Origin: Candidatus Vogelbacteria bacterium
GTDB taxonomy: Bacteria; Patescibacteriota; Minisyncoccia; Phycocordibacterales; XYD1-FULL-46-19
Reading direction: 5' to 3'
Length of the DNA: 42,721 nt
Assembly: GCA_903864935.1 (NCBI GenBank)
Contig: CAIPHT010000004.1
Location: 1 to 42,721, forward strand
A program made the translations under genes and the position numbers. Position 1 is the stretch's first letter. Each line of letters opens with the position of its first letter. The notes under the pieces are model-generated. The model saw only the letters and a list, made by a program, of their open reading frames with translations, did no database searches and was not told the DNA's origin. Below, piece by piece: positions 1 to 8,441 of this stretch.

Positions 1-140
1 TGCGGATTTGCAAAAGAAATTAAAAAGGTGGAATATATACTACAACAATCTAGAACATTGCGGTTTAAACGGCAAAACGCCAAACGAATTCTTGAAAGAT
101 TATCAGCTAATTAAACCGCCAAATGTGTGTGCCTAAAACA
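1..140 (+). mobile_element. 3' end of an insertion sequence, IS481-like (rve/DDE integrase-core transposase C-terminus plus right end)
   Basis: Frame 2..136 reads ADLQKKLKRWNIYYNNLEHCGLNGKTPNEFLKDYQLIKPPNVCA*, matching the YYN..H..L.G.TP C-terminal motif of IS3/IS481 transposases. The element ends in ...ACA at 140. Exact reverse complement at 42581-42720. Confidence 0.8.
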
Positions 141-284
141 ATTCGCTATGTCGTGGCGATCCCGACCAATATCCACGTCCTCAAGATCTACAAGCTTCGC
201 AAAAGCGACAAGAACCTGCGGACGAGATTGCAGGAGAAGGTCGACGAGGCCGTTGCCGAGACAAACAGACTCCTTCAGGAGTAG
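141..284 (+). pseudogene. 3' remnant of an orphan gene interrupted by the IS
   Basis: Open frame from the IS edge: IRYVVAIPTNIHVLKIYKLRKSDKNLRTRLQEKVDEAVAETNRLLQE*. It is followed by a terminator like the one after orphan 12999-13715. Confidence 0.6.
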
Positions 285-305
285 CCCTATCGCTCCACCA
301 AAGAG

Positions 306-347
306 AATCGCCCCATCGGGCTCCTCTTGGTGGGGCGGTTTTATTTT
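306..347 (+). terminator. Intrinsic terminator, related to 13738-13779
   Basis: aatcgccccatcggg...tcttggtggggcggtt followed by a T-rich tract. Confidence 0.7.
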
Positions 348-367
348 ACTTGTTGTATAATAATCAA

Positions 368-1099
368 ATGAGTGTCTTTTCAGTGATAATAATTTTTTTG
401 GTGCTAAAGATATTTCAGTATTTTAACGGTTTTGTCTTGGCTCAAATTTTTACTTCTAACGGTGGTTCTCTCCTAGCCTTTAGCTCGTTGGCTTTTGTTT
501 TGGCGATATTCTTTTTGGGCTTTTTGTTAAAAAAAGTATGGCCACAAGCGCTAAGTTGGTCATGGATTTTTGTTGTTTTGACAATCGGAGCTTCTTCGTT
601 GATAAATCTTTCCTTGCCGGTAGCTTTTATTTCAGGTCTATTTTTGTATGCGTTGATTGGCGCAGAAGCTCAAGTTTTTAAAACTATTGAAGTTTATAAG
701 AAAATTCCTCGTCCAGTATTGCTTATTTTTTCTTTGGTGCCCGCTTTGTTTCTTCTTTTCCCCGTCAAAGCGTTACAAGTGGGGATTGTCTCTCCTTGGT
801 CGTTTTATGTTGTCAGTACCGTTTTTGCCTTCCTTGCCTCTTATTCAGCCGAAATTTATGGGGGAGGAAGATTCATTTCTCAACCCAAAGGGCAGAAGTC
901 TATGCCAATCTGGTTTGGTTTAATCTTTATGATTGGTGCTGGTTTGCTATACATTTTTACTTATGTATTCTCTTATTTGGACCTTACGGACCTTGTCGGT
1001 ATCTCATCGACGGTTATCCTTGCTCCCATCTTGGGTTTTTATGCTGCCGGAGCCATGTCCGTCTATATTTCAATTGACGCTAGCTTGAGAGGGGAATAG
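368..1099 (+). CDS. Multi-pass membrane protein, unknown function
   Basis: Long hydrophobic ORF. ATG at 368 lies just after TATAAT (356-361). Confidence 0.75.
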   Translation: MSVFSVIIIFLVLKIFQYFNGFVLAQIFTSNGGSLLAFSSLAFVLAIFFLGFLLKKVWPQALSWSWIFVVLTIGASSLINLSLPVAFISGLFLYALIGAEAQVFKTIEVYKKIPRPVLLIFSLVPALFLLFPVKALQVGIVSPWSFYVVSTVFAFLASYSAEIYGGGRFISQPKGQKSMPIWFGLIFMIGAGLLYIFTYVFSYLDLTDLVGISSTVILAPILGFYAAGAMSVYISIDASLRGE

Positions 1100-1189
1100 A
1101 CAAGGCCCCGCCTATAAATTAAGGAAATTCATGTAATTAAACGTCTTTGAGGCGTCTTTATTTCTATACGTGGTATAGTGGGTGTGAAT

Positions 1190-1558
1190 ATGAATAAATC
1201 TAAAAAAATCTTAATTATTGAAGATGAGAAAACTCTCGCTCGAGCGCTCGAAATGAAGCTCGCGCGGGCCGGCTTTGAGGTTGTCGCCGTTTTTAACGGT
1301 GAAGAAGGTGTGGCTCTACTCCAAAAGGAGGAATTTGCCCTTATTCTTCTCGATTTGATAATGCCGAAGATGGATGGCTTCATGGTCCTCGCGGCTCTCA
1401 GGGAAGAAAAAATTAAAACGCCGGTCATGGTGCTGACTAACTTGAATCAAGCCGACGATATTAAGCGCACCAAAGAATTTGGTGTGAAGGAATTTTTTAT
1501 CAAATCCAACACTCCGATTATCAATATCGTCGAACGGGTAACAAAAATTCTGAAATAA
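1190..1558 (+). CDS. Single-domain response regulator (receiver)
   Basis: ILIIEDE, LILLDLIMPKMDG, VLTN and FFIK receiver motifs. Confidence 0.93.
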   Translation: MNKSKKILIIEDEKTLARALEMKLARAGFEVVAVFNGEEGVALLQKEEFALILLDLIMPKMDGFMVLAALREEKIKTPVMVLTNLNQADDIKRTKEFGVKEFFIKSNTPIINIVERVTKILK

Positions 1559-1567
1559 ATATTCTAC

Positions 1568-2893
1568 ATGGAAATTAAAAAACCAATAACTTCAGCCGCG
1601 AGCAAACTTGTCCTTAGGTTAAAAATTTTAGCGAAGGAAAAAGAAATTACTCGACGCAAGTTGGTGGTGACCGCGCGACAATTGGCGGTGACGGCCAGAG
1701 AAAAAGAAATTACTCGGCGCAAGTTGGCCGTGACGGCTCAAGAACTCAGAAGGTTGCATGCAACGCTAGAAAAGAAGGTCCTGCGTCGAACTAAAGATCT
1801 TGAGCAAATTCGCTCTAAGAATGAGGCCATCCTCACGAGCATTGGTGATGGCTTAGTGGTCGTCGATAAAGAGGGAAGGATAACTTATATCAATAAGTCC
1901 TTCGAAGAGATGCTGGGTTGGAAGTCGCAAGAGATATTGGGCAAGAGCATGGTTCAAGTCGTACCGCGAGAAGATCAAAATGGGATCGGGGTATTATTTA
2001 AAGAAAGAATTTTAACTCAAGTTTTGGCGGGGCAAAAATTTGTGGCCGATTTAACTAATCCCTTCTACTATATTCGCAAAGATAAGAGCCGTTTTCCTGT
2101 TAGTAGTATTGTCGCGCCGGTAATTCTTAATAAAAAAGTGGTGGGCGCGGTTGAGGTCTTCAGAGATATCACTAAAGAAAAAGAAATTGATAAAGCTAAG
2201 ACGGAGTTTGTCTCTCTCGCTTCGCATCAGTTGCGGACTCCGCTCTCGACCGTCAATTGGTATAGCGAGATGCTCTTGACCGGAGATGTTGGTGAGGTCA
2301 CCATCGATCAAAAAAAATATTTGGAAGAAATTTATAATGGCAACCAGCGCATGGTCGATCTGGTTAACACCCTTCTTGATGTCTCGCGCATTGAACTAGG
2401 GACTCTTGTTATTGAATTGAAGCCGACTGATATTGTGAAGCTCGCTCAGAATGTGATTAATGAACACAAACTTCAAATTATTGAGAAAAAAATTAAACTC
2501 CTGCCTTCATTTGAAGACAATATCCCGCTGATTAAAACTGACCCCAAACTGCTTCGTATGGTAATCCAAAATCTCTTGTCTAACGCTATCAAGTATACCC
2601 CCGATGGGGGGAGAGTCTCGATATCTCTTGCCTTGGAGGAAGAAGCCAACGTTGTCCTGACAATTGCTGATACCGGTTATGGCATACCAAAGAATCAGCA
2701 AAACAAAATATTTACCAAACTCTTTAGGGCTGACAATGTTATTGGGCGAGATACTGAGGGTACCGGCTTGGGCTTGTATATTGCCAAGTCAATTGTTGAG
2801 CAAGCGGGGGGGAAGCTGTGGTTCGAATCAAAAGAAAATCAGGGTTCGACATTCTATGCCACATTACCCTTAAGGAAGATTAAAAAGCATTAA
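1568..2893 (+). CDS. Cytoplasmic PAS-domain sensor histidine kinase
   Basis: PAS region, H-box ASHQLRTPL, N-box NLLSNAIKY, G1 DTGYGI, G2 GTGLGL. N-terminal coiled-coil repeat; no TM segment. Confidence 0.95.
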   Translation: MEIKKPITSAASKLVLRLKILAKEKEITRRKLVVTARQLAVTAREKEITRRKLAVTAQELRRLHATLEKKVLRRTKDLEQIRSKNEAILTSIGDGLVVVDKEGRITYINKSFEEMLGWKSQEILGKSMVQVVPREDQNGIGVLFKERILTQVLAGQKFVADLTNPFYYIRKDKSRFPVSSIVAPVILNKKVVGAVEVFRDITKEKEIDKAKTEFVSLASHQLRTPLSTVNWYSEMLLTGDVGEVTIDQKKYLEEIYNGNQRMVDLVNTLLDVSRIELGTLVIELKPTDIVKLAQNVINEHKLQIIEKKIKLLPSFEDNIPLIKTDPKLLRMVIQNLLSNAIKYTPDGGRVSISLALEEEANVVLTIADTGYGIPKNQQNKIFTKLFRADNVIGRDTEGTGLGLYIAKSIVEQAGGKLWFESKENQGSTFYATLPLRKIKKH

Positions 2894-2912
2894 GGTGATA
2901 TAGTGAAATTAT

Positions 2913-3308
2913 ATGACTAATAAAATTAAAGAAAAAAAGACAATCCTGGTTGTTGAGGATGAACGGCCCTTGGTTCAAATCATCCAGGCCAAACTTGAGA
3001 AAGTCGGTTTTGACGTTATTACGGCCCGAACCGTCGACCAGGGTCTAGATTATTTGGAGGAAGTGGGAACCATCGATGCCGTTTGGCTTGACCACTATTT
3101 GCCAGGACAGAAGACTGGTCTAGATTTTGTGGTTCAGATGAAGAAAGAGGGGAGCAAATGGGCCAAGATACCAATTTTTGTGGTTTCTAATACGGCCAGT
3201 AATGGTAATTTGCGATCCTACCTGCGCTTAGATATTAATAAATATTCGGTTAAAGCGGAGCATCGGTTGGATGAGATAACAAATGACATAATGCTATTCC
3301 TTAAATAA
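2913..3308 (+). CDS. Single-domain response regulator
   Basis: ILVVEDE, AVWLDHYLPG, IFVVSN, YSVK. Confidence 0.88.
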   Translation: MTNKIKEKKTILVVEDERPLVQIIQAKLEKVGFDVITARTVDQGLDYLEEVGTIDAVWLDHYLPGQKTGLDFVVQMKKEGSKWAKIPIFVVSNTASNGNLRSYLRLDINKYSVKAEHRLDEITNDIMLFLK

Positions 3309-3311
3309 TAT

Positions 3312-3770
3312 ATGAAAGAAAAATTGATAAGAAAGAGAACGATTTTGGTCATCGAGGATGAGCGAGCCCTACTTAAGGTTGTTAATACACGTTTAGAAAA
3401 AAAAGGTTTTGGGGTTATGACGGCGCGGAGTGTCGATCAAGTTTTCAATGCGACGTTAGAAAAAAATGATTTAGGCGTCATTGCTGCTAGTAGTATCCGG
3501 CAAGCTCTAGAGTATCTCTCGGATTTAGAAAAGATTGACGCTATCTGGCTCGACCATAATCTTATTGGGAAAGAAGATGGTCTTGATTTTGTAAAAAAGA
3601 TAAAGGCTAATGGTGGCCGCTGGAAGAAGATCCCAATTTTTGTTGTCTCTAATACCGAGAGTTCGGCCACGATAAAGTCCTATGTCAATTTGGGAATAAG
3701 CAAATACTATGTCAAAAGTAATCATCGACTCGATGAAATTATTGATGACATAAACTTATCTTTAAAATAA
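3312..3770 (+). CDS. Single-domain response regulator, paralog of 2913-3308 with an internal insertion
   Basis: ILVIEDE, AIWLDHNL, IFVVSN, YYVK, HRLDEI shared with the upstream paralog. Confidence 0.85.
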   Translation: MKEKLIRKRTILVIEDERALLKVVNTRLEKKGFGVMTARSVDQVFNATLEKNDLGVIAASSIRQALEYLSDLEKIDAIWLDHNLIGKEDGLDFVKKIKANGGRWKKIPIFVVSNTESSATIKSYVNLGISKYYVKSNHRLDEIIDDINLSLK

Positions 3771-3775
3771 ATTTT

Positions 3776-4084
3776 ATGAGTAAAGAGTATCTCGCTTATC
3801 TAAAAGATAATCCCAAGGGTTATTGGTTCAAGGTCAAATGTTATGGCTGGGGTTGGGTGCCGGTGAAGTTGCAGGGATGGGGCGTTGTCTTTATCTACAT
3901 TGTTCTCATTATCGGCCTCGTCCTCGCTAGAGAGAAGGATATTCCCGGCAATCCTGATTCAGGGAGCAATTTTCTGATCTTTGCCCTCCCGATTATTCTG
4001 TTGACCACCCTTCTTATTTTTATCTGTTACAAAAAAGGGGAGAAGCCACGTTGGCAATGGGGGAGGGCTAAGGGTAAGAAATAG
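3776..4084 (+). CDS. Small two-TM membrane protein
   Basis: WFK..YGWGW.P...QGW and GEKPRWQWG motifs flank two hydrophobic segments. Confidence 0.8.
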   Translation: MSKEYLAYLKDNPKGYWFKVKCYGWGWVPVKLQGWGVVFIYIVLIIGLVLAREKDIPGNPDSGSNFLIFALPIILLTTLLIFICYKKGEKPRWQWGRAKGKK

Positions 4085-4202
4085 ACCTTGCTCAAGCATT
4101 AAAAATGTGCCAGAAATAGGGACGGAATAGTTGCTTGGCCTACTGTGGGTCGAGATGACAAAATTCTTTGTGTTTGGGTTGAGCAAAAAAAGGAGGCCCA
4201 TC

Positions 4203-4817
4203 ATGGACCTGTTCCAAAAAAACAAACGTTTTTTGTCTTACTGGAAGCTGCTGACCAAGAGGGTGGAGACCCTGTTGAAGTGTCTCATCCTGTTCTCTTA
4301 TCCTCTTCTCACTGTGGCCATCATCACTCCGCTCTGGTACTTCGTGTTATATCAGAATGGGATATGCCTCAGCCCTCAGACGGAGGGGATTGTTTCCGCG
4401 GCCTGGATCCCGACCTTTGGGATTTTGTACAGCATTATGGCCTCGGTCGTGATGTCTACGGTCTGGGCCGAGTATAAGAAGGTGCGGGTCGCAGTGAAGC
4501 GATACGACTTCGAGGCCTTCTGTGATCTTCGAGACGAGCGAATGTCACCGCTCGTCTACGCTCTGATGAGGATGCTGTCGTTTGCTGTCTTGGCGGCGTT
4601 CGCTTCCCTCAAGTATTCTCGGGCCATTGACGGGGCCATCCTCGTCTCGGGGATGACCTACATGTTCTCATTGGTTATGTGGGTAATCAAAGAGATTGAT
4701 GACCCGTTCTCGGGTCTCTGGTTTATCAAACGGATGCCGGATGGCTGGCTGACCCTTGACGTGAAGGCCTACCGCCAGCGCCGGTGGGACAAAATGAAGG
4801 AAGTATCCCCCCAGTAA
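4203..4817 (+). CDS. Membrane protein, DUF4239/bestrophin-like
   Basis: SD AAGGAGG before ATG 4203; four hydrophobic helices; GILYSI..SVVMSTVW and IKEIDDPFSG motifs. Confidence 0.65.
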   Translation: MDLFQKNKRFLSYWKLLTKRVETLLKCLILFSYPLLTVAIITPLWYFVLYQNGICLSPQTEGIVSAAWIPTFGILYSIMASVVMSTVWAEYKKVRVAVKRYDFEAFCDLRDERMSPLVYALMRMLSFAVLAAFASLKYSRAIDGAILVSGMTYMFSLVMWVIKEIDDPFSGLWFIKRMPDGWLTLDVKAYRQRRWDKMKEVSPQ

Positions 4818-5011
4818 CAGGAGACAGCTCTAGCCCGGCAACAACAATGAGTAAAAACGTTGTTGTCGCCGGGCTTGTTTTATTAATTTTTTGACCAATA
4901 GTGATATTGGTAATTAAAATATCTCTCATCCGTCTATATTTATAGGGGCTAAGAATTGGCCGGTATCTTGGCTTAATGTATGAGTATTAAATAATCTAAA
5001 AAATATATAAA

Positions 5012-5212
5012 GTGATTAAAGGAATAAAATCAAAGATTGGTAAAACGGCCAAGTCGGTCCAAAAAGAGTGGAAGGCTGAGAAGCCCAAACGGATTAAGTT
5101 AAAAAGGGAATTAAGCGCGACCGCCAGCAAGATGTTTCGTAATGGCTTTAGAATTGGGGAGGACGTGATTAAGGTTATAAAAAAAGACATCAAAGAAATT
5201 AACAATAAATAA
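5012..5212 (+). CDS. Small basic hypothetical protein
   Basis: 66-aa Lys-rich ORF with GTG start, co-oriented with its neighbours. Confidence 0.5.
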   Translation: MIKGIKSKIGKTAKSVQKEWKAEKPKRIKLKRELSATASKMFRNGFRIGEDVIKVIKKDIKEINNK

Positions 5213-5224
5213 TATATTAAAAAA

Positions 5225-5389
5225 ATGCAAAAAAATACCATTATCATTGCGAGCATCATCATAGTGCTCATCGGTATCATTGGTTTGGTCTCAAGCTTCT
5301 CCACCTTCTTGATGTGGGCCTTAATAATTTTGGGTATTCTTGGTTTGGCCTGGGGTTATATGGAAAAAGGTAAGAACATCGAGAAATAG
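5225..5389 (+). CDS. 54-aa two-TM membrane peptide (not in the ORF track)
   Basis: MQKNTIIIASIIIVLIGIIGLVSSFSTFLMWALIILGILGLAWGYMEKGKNIEK*. Confidence 0.7.
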   Translation: MQKNTIIIASIIIVLIGIIGLVSSFSTFLMWALIILGILGLAWGYMEKGKNIEK

Positions 5390-5491
5390 ACTCTTCCAAA
5401 CAGAGTCCCTCTTTTAGTTTGATAAAAACTTCTGGCCTTAGGGTTGGATGTTTTTATTTTTTCAAAAAATTACACATGTTATAATAAGATT

Positions 5492-6178
5492 ATGATCCCC
5501 AATCAATATGTTTATCTTACCGGCTGTTTAATCCTTTTTGCTATTTGGCTGTTAATCTTTTGGCGGAGAAAAGATTTGCGCCGAGAAATGCTTTGGGCAA
5601 GTTGCTTGGGGCTACCCTTTGGTATCGTTGACTATTTTTTGGTTCCTGAATATTGGCATCCTGATTCGCTTTTCGGCTTGATGAAAGTTTATGGAGCGGG
5701 GCTAGAAAGTTTCTTCTTCCTCTTTGTGATGGCGGGGATTGCCTCGGTGGCTTATCAATCTTTACACAAAAGGAGGTCACTAAGACGAATCTCTGGCGAG
5801 AAGAAAAGAGGACGACACCTTGGCCTTCTCTTGTTGGTCGCTTTGGTTTATGTGCTTGCTTCTGTCTTGTCTCCCGCTAAGTCTGTCTATTATCTGATGA
5901 TGGGTGGCGGATTGGGAGCTCTTGCGACGAGCTATTACCGTCCTGATTTGCGCAAGCAAATGTTTGCCAGCGCCTTTCTTTTTAGTTTGGTATATTTTGC
6001 GGTTTTTGTTTTTCTTAACCTGATCTTTAAGGGCTGGGTGCAGGAATTTTATAATCTGAATAATACCTGGGGCATCTTAATTCTCGGTGTCCCGCTAGAG
6101 GAGATTGGTGTGGCCTTCTTTGCCGGCTCCTTCTGGTCTACGCTCTATGAATACACCAAGTCCTATCGAGACGGGTGA
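5492..6178 (+). CDS. Lycopene-cyclase-domain (CrtYc/Yd-like) membrane protein
   Basis: Two-fold internal repeat (RRKDLRREML / RPDLRKQMF) and ILGVPLEE motif. TATAAT lies just before ATG 5492. Confidence 0.7.
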   Translation: MIPNQYVYLTGCLILFAIWLLIFWRRKDLRREMLWASCLGLPFGIVDYFLVPEYWHPDSLFGLMKVYGAGLESFFFLFVMAGIASVAYQSLHKRRSLRRISGEKKRGRHLGLLLLVALVYVLASVLSPAKSVYYLMMGGGLGALATSYYRPDLRKQMFASAFLFSLVYFAVFVFLNLIFKGWVQEFYNLNNTWGILILGVPLEEIGVAFFAGSFWSTLYEYTKSYRDG

Positions 6179-6209
6179 GGCCCTTTTGTTTTTTTGGTAT
6201 AATAAGAAA

Positions 6210-6572
6210 ATGAACATCAAGCATTTCAAAAGTTTGTTTAAGTCAGAGGAGAAGTTTTTAAGAACGCCGGTGGGCATCTTCCTCTTGGGCGCCTTCTTGG
6301 GCGAATTGTCTCCTGACCCGACAGACGCTGTCCACTTCTGGTTGCAAGAGTCTGTTTTGAATAATCCACATTTTGCTAGCTCCACACGCGCTTTCTTGCA
6401 GATTTTTGATTGGTATTTTATGAGTGCTTCTTATTTTCTCTTATTGTTAATCCTTGCTTATTTTCTTCATATCCGTAAGGTTGGCACTGTGCGCCGGATA
6501 ACACTCATCGGCGGAGTTATTGGTATTGGCATCGTCGTCGGTATTATTGCCCGTTTCTTTTTTGTTTCTTAG
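6210..6572 (+). CDS. Hypothetical membrane protein
   Basis: Hydrophobic ORF with PDPTDAVHF motif; TATAAT just before ATG 6210. Confidence 0.7.
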   Translation: MNIKHFKSLFKSEEKFLRTPVGIFLLGAFLGELSPDPTDAVHFWLQESVLNNPHFASSTRAFLQIFDWYFMSASYFLLLLILAYFLHIRKVGTVRRITLIGGVIGIGIVVGIIARFFFVS

Positions 6573-6674
6573 AGACAGTTTCTTCCTTGGATGAGACTCG
6601 CTTATTTTTGTATTTTCTGTTAAACTTGAGAAATAATTAATCACCCGCTAAGCGGGATAATCAAAAAAATAAAT

Positions 6675-6788
6675 ATGGGAAAAAGAGCAACTGGGGTAGG
6701 TAATATGAAGACTTCACGTTCTAAGAAGACCAAGAAACGTTTGGCCACTAAGAAAGTGATGCTCGAGGCCAAGAAGAAAAAGAAATAG
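6675..6788 (+). CDS. 37-aa highly basic small protein (not in the ORF track)
   Basis: MGKRATGVGNMKTSRSKKTKKRLATKKVMLEAKKKKK*. The stop is 1 nt before the next ATG. Confidence 0.7.
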   Translation: MGKRATGVGNMKTSRSKKTKKRLATKKVMLEAKKKKK

Positions 6789-6789
6789 A

Positions 6790-7206
6790 ATGGAACCACA
6801 CATCCCAAATTCGCGCATTGAAGAAAGGGCGAAAGTCGGACCACATCTAACCAGCCATGAGCACTTAGGCCTCAATGGCCGTTTAGCTTTGATTATCACT
6901 AATATGGTCGGCACTATGTGGTGTGCTTATATCTTTGCTATTATCGCTCTTATTAGTTTGCCGGCCGCTATCAACGGAGGAACAGCCACCCTTGTCTCTT
7001 GGGTGGCTCAGACTTTCCTTCAGCTGGTTTTGCTCTCAGTTATTATGGTGGGGCAGAAGGTCTCGGCCGAGGCGAGCGACAAGCGAGCCTTGCAAACATT
7101 CCAAGATACTGAGGCGTTGCTAAAAATTCAAGACGATATCCATCGTTTGATCAAAATCAATAATGATCAAACTGAAGAAATTCGCAAATTTGTGATTAAG
7201 GGTTAG
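6790..7206 (+). CDS. DUF1003-like membrane protein
   Basis: VGTMWCAYIF...SWVAQTFLQLVLLSVIMVGQ followed by a coiled-coil tail. Confidence 0.75.
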   Translation: MEPHIPNSRIEERAKVGPHLTSHEHLGLNGRLALIITNMVGTMWCAYIFAIIALISLPAAINGGTATLVSWVAQTFLQLVLLSVIMVGQKVSAEASDKRALQTFQDTEALLKIQDDIHRLIKINNDQTEEIRKFVIKG

Positions 7207-7981
7207 TGCTCGAAGCGGTCGAGGTGCCAGTGGTGCCAGGGAGCTTGAAGGCCTTGAGACCCTTAAGAATTTTGTTGATATCTTGGCGAGCGGTGACAAG
7301 ATCTTGTTGCCCAACTTTAATGTCGGAGTGAGACAACTTCAGAGCGTCTTTGTTGCTGGCGACAATGGTGGCGTCATCATTATCGGGGGTAAGGTTGACA
7401 ACGTGTGAGACGGCGGCGGTGGCTTGAGTCTTAGCGTCACTTATCTTGGCGGTCAATTCAGTAAAAATTGTATTTAGGCTCGTGATATCTTTACCCGCGT
7501 TTTGGGCTTCGGTGAGACGAGTTTGTAGTTTGTTGGCCACAACGCTTAAGTCACCGGCGACAGTATTGAGACGGTCGGCGGAGGCGATAATGCGTCCCTG
7601 GGGGATAACGAGCGCAAAGATGCGGAAGGATCCGGTAATGGACTTAACATCAGTCTTTAGAGTGGCAAGATCAGTATCGGCATCAATCTTAGACTTGAGT
7701 GTATTGAGATTAGTAATTTGGGTTTGAATTTGGCTAGCGAGCGATGCCTTGTTGTCGGCGGAGACAAGTTTCATATCTTGGATACGGGTGTTGAGCTCGG
7801 TCAAGGCGTCAATGCGATTGGCGATAGCCTTGTCGCCACGGTCAATCAAGCGGGCCACGGCCGCATCAAGTTTCTTGGCCTTAGGGCTTGAGCTGGCTGC
7901 TGTCTCGGCAGAAGCGATGCTTGTGGAGAGAGTAAGAGCAAGGAGCAAGCTGGCGATAATGAGGAAGTTTATTTTTTTCAT
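7196..7981 (-). CDS. Secreted alpha-helical/coiled-coil protein
   Basis: Signal peptide MKKINFLII...ASA, then long heptad-rich helices. Confidence 0.85.
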   Translation of the reverse strand: MKKINFLIIASLLLALTLSTSIASAETAASSSPKAKKLDAAVARLIDRGDKAIANRIDALTELNTRIQDMKLVSADNKASLASQIQTQITNLNTLKSKIDADTDLATLKTDVKSITGSFRIFALVIPQGRIIASADRLNTVAGDLSVVANKLQTRLTEAQNAGKDITSLNTIFTELTAKISDAKTQATAAVSHVVNLTPDNDDATIVASNKDALKLSHSDIKVGQQDLVTARQDINKILKGLKAFKLPGTTGTSTASSTNP

Positions 7982-8020
7982 AGTTTTTTGTCTTGTCTAA
8001 TGAGTTTAGCTATTAATAAT

Positions 8021-8329
8021 TTATTGAACAGGGGCTTCAGTTTGGTTCTTCAAACTTTGGTCGACACTGGCGGCATCGGTTCCGAGATTTTTTAACTGAG
8101 AGTCAATGGCCGTGAGATCTTGATCGATTGAGGCATCAGAGCTATCGGTTGTGGAGATAATGTCAGGGGACTGATTGACCGCGGTGGTGGTAGCGACCCC
8201 CGTGTCTGTTGTGGTGGCGATGTTGGATTTATCTCCAGCCACATTTTTGCTGGCATACCACCAGCCGAGACCGGCTAAGATTATGACGATAATAATGACG
8301 ATGAGGACAATTTTTGCGGTTGTAGACAT
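8021..8329 (-). CDS. Membrane-anchored Thr/Ser/Asp-rich protein
   Basis: N-terminal TM, low-complexity linker, helical tail; co-oriented with 7196-7981. Confidence 0.8.
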   Translation of the reverse strand: MSTTAKIVLIVIIIVIILAGLGWWYASKNVAGDKSNIATTTDTGVATTTAVNQSPDIISTTDSSDASIDQDLTAIDSQLKNLGTDAASVDQSLKNQTEAPVQ

Positions 8330-8441
8330 AATAATTAATTTTTAAACTAAACGAATAATTACTCTTAATCATATGCCACTTTGGCCTAAATCACAATAAT
8401 CTACCCATTTTCTAAAATTTGTGTTACAATCCTATTTCTTT

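Noticed and set aside
127-360. 77-aa ORF in the track
   Set aside because: It starts inside the IS end and crosses a terminator; frame 141-284 is the more plausible remnant.
4726-4929. 67-aa minus-strand ORF
   Set aside because: It overlaps the 4203 gene and runs through its terminator hairpin (4832-4875); no supporting motif.
7446-8000. Plus-strand ORFs antisense to the secreted coiled-coil gene, and similar short nested ORFs elsewhere
   Set aside because: Shadow frames of well-supported genes with no independent signals.
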